Below are positions 8,209-11,905 of a DNA stretch of 11,905 nt, piece after piece; the first letter of the stretch is position 1; the number at the start of each line of letters is the position of its first letter. Where the stretch lies: the NCBI GenBank assembly GCA_048938445.1, contig JBHLME010000136.1, positions 1 to 11,905 of the forward strand, given 5' to 3'. This stretch comes from Promethearchaeota archaeon (GTDB lineage Archaea; Asgardarchaeota; Lokiarchaeia; Sigyniarchaeales; SOKP01). The notes under the pieces are model-generated. The model was not told the origin of the DNA, did not search any database, and worked only from the letters and a program-made list of their open reading frames with translations. The position numbers and the translations under genes were made by a program.

Positions 8209-8377
8209 TCTTCTCCTCTGAATTATACATCATCTGATTTTGTGGATATTATATTTCTCTTAATAAAATAAAAAAAAAATAGTCTTAAATTCTTATCGCT
8301 AAAAAATTATAAATTTTATATTAAATTAAGCAGAATAAAATATTTTTTTATTATCTAATAGTTCAAAATTACCCAAA

Positions 8378-8554
8378 TTATAATTCACTTTCAAGATAAT
8401 AGTGGTTTCCTTTCTTGTAATAAACAATGGTAGAACCAAAATTATTTAAAATTGTATATTTATCTCCTTGAACTTCTACGATATCAAAGGAATAAGACAA
8501 TCTTCTATCCTTCAAAATTTCTGCTATTATTTGTTGCTCTTGTACAGGATCCAT
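8378..8554 (-). CDS. Small hypothetical protein, 58 aa, absent from the ORF track: MDPVQEQQIIAEILKDRRLSYSFDIVEVQGDKYTILNNFGSTIVYYKKGNHYYLESEL
   Basis: Manual translation from ATG (8552-8554) to TAA (8378-8380). GC is visibly higher than the near-pure AT flanks, the helix-then-strands pattern is protein-like, and it fills an otherwise ~500-bp gap. Confidence 0.8.
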   Translation of the reverse strand: MDPVQEQQIIAEILKDRRLSYSFDIVEVQGDKYTILNNFGSTIVYYKKGNHYYLESEL

Positions 8555-8641
8555 GATAATTAAAATTTAATTATTATTAATATTTATTTTTAAGGATCCA
8601 AATCAAAAAAAATTTTTGCTTTTATACTTAAAAATTATACT

Positions 8642-8662
8642 TAATTCTATCAAGTAGAATTA
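8642..8662. promoter_or_regulatory. Inverted repeat TAATTCTA-N5-TAGAATTA in a divergent promoter region
   Basis: Perfect 8-bp arms at 8642-8649 and 8655-8662, roughly midway between the divergent starts at 8554 (-) and 8743 (+). Confidence 0.35.
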
Positions 8663-8742
8663 CCCTAAAATATTAAATATATTAATAATAAAAAAAAATA
8701 ATAAATAAAATTTAAAATTTTAAAATAAGATTAGAATTTATC

Positions 8743-9714
8743 ATGAAAGCATTAATAACGGGAATTACTGGTTTCGTTGGAAGTCATCTGGCAGAATATC
8801 TTTTAGAGAAAGGGGATGTAGTATTTGGAACTTATCGTTGGAGGAGTCCAAGAGATAATATAGAACATATTATGGGTAAAATTAAACTTGAAAATTGCGA
8901 ATTGCGTGATGCAAATTCCGTTAGAAAGTGCATCAATACTGTCAAACCAGATGTAATTTTTCACCTTGCAGCACAATCATATGTCCCTTCGAGCTTCAAC
9001 GAACCTGCTACAACATTAGAAACTAATATTATAGGTACTTTAAATCTTTTAGAAGCAGTAAGGCAGAATGAAATAGATCCTATAATTCACATATGCTCTT
9101 CTTCGGAGGTTTATGGACAAGTTAAAAAAGAGGAAGTACCTATCAAGGAAACTAATAATTTTAGGCCTGCATCTCCTTATGCCGTGAGTAAGGTAGGAGA
9201 GGATATGATCTCGCTTCAATATTTTCTAAGTTATGGAATAAAAACAATTCGATCTCGAATGTTTACTCACACAGGTCCGAGAAGAGGTGAAGTATTTGTC
9301 GTATCTGCATTTGCAAAACAAATAGCGATGATAGAACTAGGTTTCCAAAATCCGATTATAAAGGTAGGTAATTTAAAATCTGTTAGAACATTTCTAGATG
9401 TGAGAGATGCTGTAAGAGCTTATAATTTGTTGGTTAAGAAATGCATTCCTGGAGAGGTTTATAACATTGGTGGAAATAGAACAATGGAAGTTGGTGAAAT
9501 GTTAAACATCTTGTTAGCATTCAGTCCAATGAAAGATACTATTAAAATTCAAGTTGATGATAATTTATTGCGACCTTCGGATGTCACTTTACAAATTCCA
9601 GATATTAGTAAATTTGTGAATCAAACTGGTTGGAAACCAGAAATTCCATTAGAAAATACATTGGAGGATACCTTAAACTATTGGAGGGAGCGTTTAAAAA
9701 TTCGCCCTCCATAA
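8743..9714 (+). CDS. Extended SDR, GDP-mannose 4,6-dehydratase / GDP-4-keto-6-deoxy-D-mannose reductase (GMD/RMD) family
   Basis: LITGITGFVGSHL (GxxGxxG), HLAAQS, SSSEVYG, SPYAVSK (YxxxK), VGNLKSVRTFLDVRD and LRPSDV. Confidence 0.9.
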   Translation: MKALITGITGFVGSHLAEYLLEKGDVVFGTYRWRSPRDNIEHIMGKIKLENCELRDANSVRKCINTVKPDVIFHLAAQSYVPSSFNEPATTLETNIIGTLNLLEAVRQNEIDPIIHICSSSEVYGQVKKEEVPIKETNNFRPASPYAVSKVGEDMISLQYFLSYGIKTIRSRMFTHTGPRRGEVFVVSAFAKQIAMIELGFQNPIIKVGNLKSVRTFLDVRDAVRAYNLLVKKCIPGEVYNIGGNRTMEVGEMLNILLAFSPMKDTIKIQVDDNLLRPSDVTLQIPDISKFVNQTGWKPEIPLENTLEDTLNYWRERLKIRPP

Positions 9715-9744
9715 AATATTGTATTAAGTTATATTTTGTGAAAT

Positions 9745-9795
9745 AAACCTCTTTTTTATTTATAACATTAATTATTAAAAAGAAAGGTTTTTTTT
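9745..9795 (+). terminator. Imperfect hairpin plus T8 tract downstream of the SDR gene
   Basis: AAACCT-CTTTTT pairs with AAAAAG-AA-AGGTTT (2-nt bulge) and runs into T 9788-9795. Confidence 0.35.
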
Positions 9796-9820
9796 AATAA
9801 AAGGAGTGTTTTTTTAAATC

Positions 9821-9839
9821 AAGAAGTTTTTATATAAAA
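9821..9839 (+). promoter_or_regulatory. Candidate archaeal BRE/TATA promoter of the glycosyltransferase gene
   Basis: Purine-rich AAGAAG followed by TTTTTATATAAAA about 40-50 nt upstream of ATG 9878. Confidence 0.55.
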
Positions 9840-9877
9840 CATAGTACTATATTCTAACACTCCCGGTCAACTAAATA

Positions 9878-11125
9878 ATGGTAAAAAGTAAATTAGATAT
9901 AGGGCTTTTTAGTGCCATGTATAGTCAAACAAATGGTACAGCTCATTCAGTTCGCTTTTTATCGGAGGCTCTAGCAAAGACGGGACACAATGTGCATGTT
10001 TTTGCTCCTAGAATTTTAAATAAAAATACAAAGTTAAAAAATCTCCATTTTCACGATCTTGGGGGTGTTCGTATTGCTCCAAAAACAGGTTTAGTATTAA
10101 GTTTTCCAATTCATAAATACTTCTTCTGTCAACATGATTATCTTGATATAGCACACATACATACGCATGCTACTATAGGATCTATGGCAGTAAATTGGGC
10201 TAAATATTTAGGCATACCAATGATTGGTTCCCATGGAAGTCCAATGCAGTTTTATGCACCTCAATATATTCCTTTAATTGGAAGGGTTTTTACTAAATTT
10301 GACTTAACTTGGCGTTATGAAAGGACAATTCTTGATAAATATGATTTAATTCACGTTCCTGGTAAATCGAAAAAAGAACAGTTGAGAGAACAACGTTTTA
10401 AGGAACCTATAGTGTGTTTAACTAATGGAATTTCAGAATATTATTATCAAAATATCACTCAAAATGGTATAAGAGACAAATATGATTTAGGTGATAAAAA
10501 ACTCTTATTATATGCTTCTAGGTTTTCTCCTGAAAAACACATGGTTAGTGTTATTAAGACATTTAGAAAAGTTCATAAAGAAGTACCTGATTCACACTTA
10601 TTATTAGCTGGGAGCGATGGCCCTTCTAAAGAGCCCGCTACAAGATATATAAAACGCCATAGAATGAAAGATTATGTTACTGTTGCAGGAAAGGTACCTT
10701 TTAATGATCTTATTAAATTATATAACGCAGCAGACCTAACATGCTTATGGTCATGGGTAGAAGCTGAAGGGCTTGTTTTACTTGAAGCAATGGCTCAAGG
10801 AACTCCTTCTGTTGGCGCTAATGGATGTGGAATTAGAGATGTAATCCGTCATGGTAAAACAGGGTATCTTTGTAACAATTTAGATGAATTTAAAGATAGT
10901 GTCGTGAAATTACTTAAAGATGAAGATCTTAGACAAGAATTTAGTAAAAATTGTAGGGATGTTGCAAATAATTTTAGACATAGTAAAGTTGCTAAAACAT
11001 GGATAAAACTTTATAAGTTTACAAGAGATGAATTATATCCATTAAGGTATTATGGAAAAGAGAGAAAAGAAAGAGTAGAATTAGTCAAAGAATTCGTTAA
11101 AAAAGAACCAAGCCTCAGCTTTTAA
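9878..11125 (+). CDS. GT4 (GT-B, retaining) glycosyltransferase, diacylglycerol glucosyltransferase (UGDG)-like
   Basis: SQTNGTAHS, GHNVHVFAP, DIAHIHT, NGI, SRFSPEK and EAEGLVLLEAMAQGTP (E-x7-E), followed by DVIRHGKTGYL. Confidence 0.9.
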   Translation: MVKSKLDIGLFSAMYSQTNGTAHSVRFLSEALAKTGHNVHVFAPRILNKNTKLKNLHFHDLGGVRIAPKTGLVLSFPIHKYFFCQHDYLDIAHIHTHATIGSMAVNWAKYLGIPMIGSHGSPMQFYAPQYIPLIGRVFTKFDLTWRYERTILDKYDLIHVPGKSKKEQLREQRFKEPIVCLTNGISEYYYQNITQNGIRDKYDLGDKKLLLYASRFSPEKHMVSVIKTFRKVHKEVPDSHLLLAGSDGPSKEPATRYIKRHRMKDYVTVAGKVPFNDLIKLYNAADLTCLWSWVEAEGLVLLEAMAQGTPSVGANGCGIRDVIRHGKTGYLCNNLDEFKDSVVKLLKDEDLRQEFSKNCRDVANNFRHSKVAKTWIKLYKFTRDELYPLRYYGKERKERVELVKEFVKKEPSLSF

Positions 11126-11133
11126 TTAAACCT

Positions 11134-11766
11134 TTAAAAATTATATGACACTTTTAACGTTTCAAGTTTTTCTTGACATTCTAAACATAAACCTATATAT
11201 TTAGTATCAATATCTGAAACATTTTTAGCGAAAGACATTACACATTTTCTATTTTTACAATGAACAGGACCAAAAATTAAATGACCCACTTCATGGATTA
11301 ATTCTTTTTGAATTCTCAGCTCATATAAACTTCGATTCCTCTTTCTCTTATAAAATTGCTCCTTTAATAAAAGTGTAGATACAATAGAGCATCCATGATC
11401 AATATTAGCCTCCCCAAATAAGAAGATAATATTGTTATTACTACTTGAATAGATTGGTAATTTTGTTATTGCTACAATCATATCAAGGTTATTTTCAATT
11501 CGTTTATCAATTAATACTTGGAAAAACTTATTTGTAGGATGTAGACTTAATCTTTCTGATGAGATTATTTTCATAGAGTTATATTTTTCTTTTTTTACTC
11601 CTTTCTTCATTAATTTCTTTGAAAACCGATAATGTCCTAAGTCTATAATGTTAAAAAAAAAAGAATCATAAACTAATTCTAAATGAACTACGAATTTTTC
11701 ATAATATCTTTTCAGGAAATTTCCACAAAATAAAATACCAATATTACATGGAAATATTTTTTTCAT
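11134..11766 (-). CDS. amzA: Archaemetzincin (peptidase M54) Zn metalloprotease; true N-terminus probably lies further upstream
   Basis: FLFGEA, IVST..L, KELIHEVGHLIFGPVHC-x4-CVMSF (Met-turn) and D.K...LCLEC (Cys4 zinc site). Confidence 0.85.
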   Translation of the reverse strand: MKKIFPCNIGILFCGNFLKRYYEKFVVHLELVYDSFFFNIIDLGHYRFSKKLMKKGVKKEKYNSMKIISSERLSLHPTNKFFQVLIDKRIENNLDMIVAITKLPIYSSSNNNIIFLFGEANIDHGCSIVSTLLLKEQFYKRKRNRSLYELRIQKELIHEVGHLIFGPVHCKNRKCVMSFAKNVSDIDTKYIGLCLECQEKLETLKVSYNF

Positions 11767-11904
11767 TGGATATTTATCTATTAGTTGAAATTCAGTTGGA
11801 GAGGTTATTCCTATACGATAGGTGTAATATTTTATTTTTTCAGAATATTTTTTAAGTTTATCTTTTTATTTGGCTATTCTCCTTTCAAATTTCTTGATTC
11901 GTGA
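11767..11904 (-). other. In-frame upstream continuation of the archaemetzincin frame with one internal TAA (coiled-coil extension, or 3' end of an upstream gene)
   Basis: Translates as SRIKKFERRIAK*KDKLKKYSEKIKYYTYRIGITSPTEFQLIDKYP directly into MKKIFP; the TAA is at 11866-11868. Confidence 0.55.
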
Positions 11905-11905
11905 A

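Noticed and set aside
8189-8233. Selenocysteine readthrough of the UGA ending MMYNSEEKTEN
   Set aside because: That frame hits another TGA two codons later (TGA CAG TAC TGA) and does not join the long frame; there is no redox-motif context.

Overview
AT-rich archaeal chromosomal segment. The gene content suggests Asgard archaea of the Lokiarchaeia type (inference): mch, a GAN/RecJ-type DHH protein, a beta-CASP RNase lacking KH domains, an archaemetzincin, a W-N-x-T-W-G-G beta-propeller surface protein and a ferredoxin-nitroreductase fusion. Nine long CDSs, mostly of alternating orientation, are present, with no operon-scale system, mobile element, CRISPR array, tRNA or rRNA that I can support. 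Manual reading adds three things the ORF track misses. (1) A 58-aa small gene lies at 8378-8554 (-). (2) The hypothetical gene 6892-7920 (-) stays open for 103 more codons with no ATG/GTG/TTG, so it needs either a CTG start behind a GAGGAG motif or a +1 frameshift from a short upstream ATG ORF. (3) The archaemetzincin frame continues to the window edge as a regular coiled-coil heptad interrupted by one in-frame TAA. I do not see a clearly new multi-gene system. The best leads are these two recoding-or-error sites, the small protein, an unusual Mch, and a dyad-symmetric promoter region.
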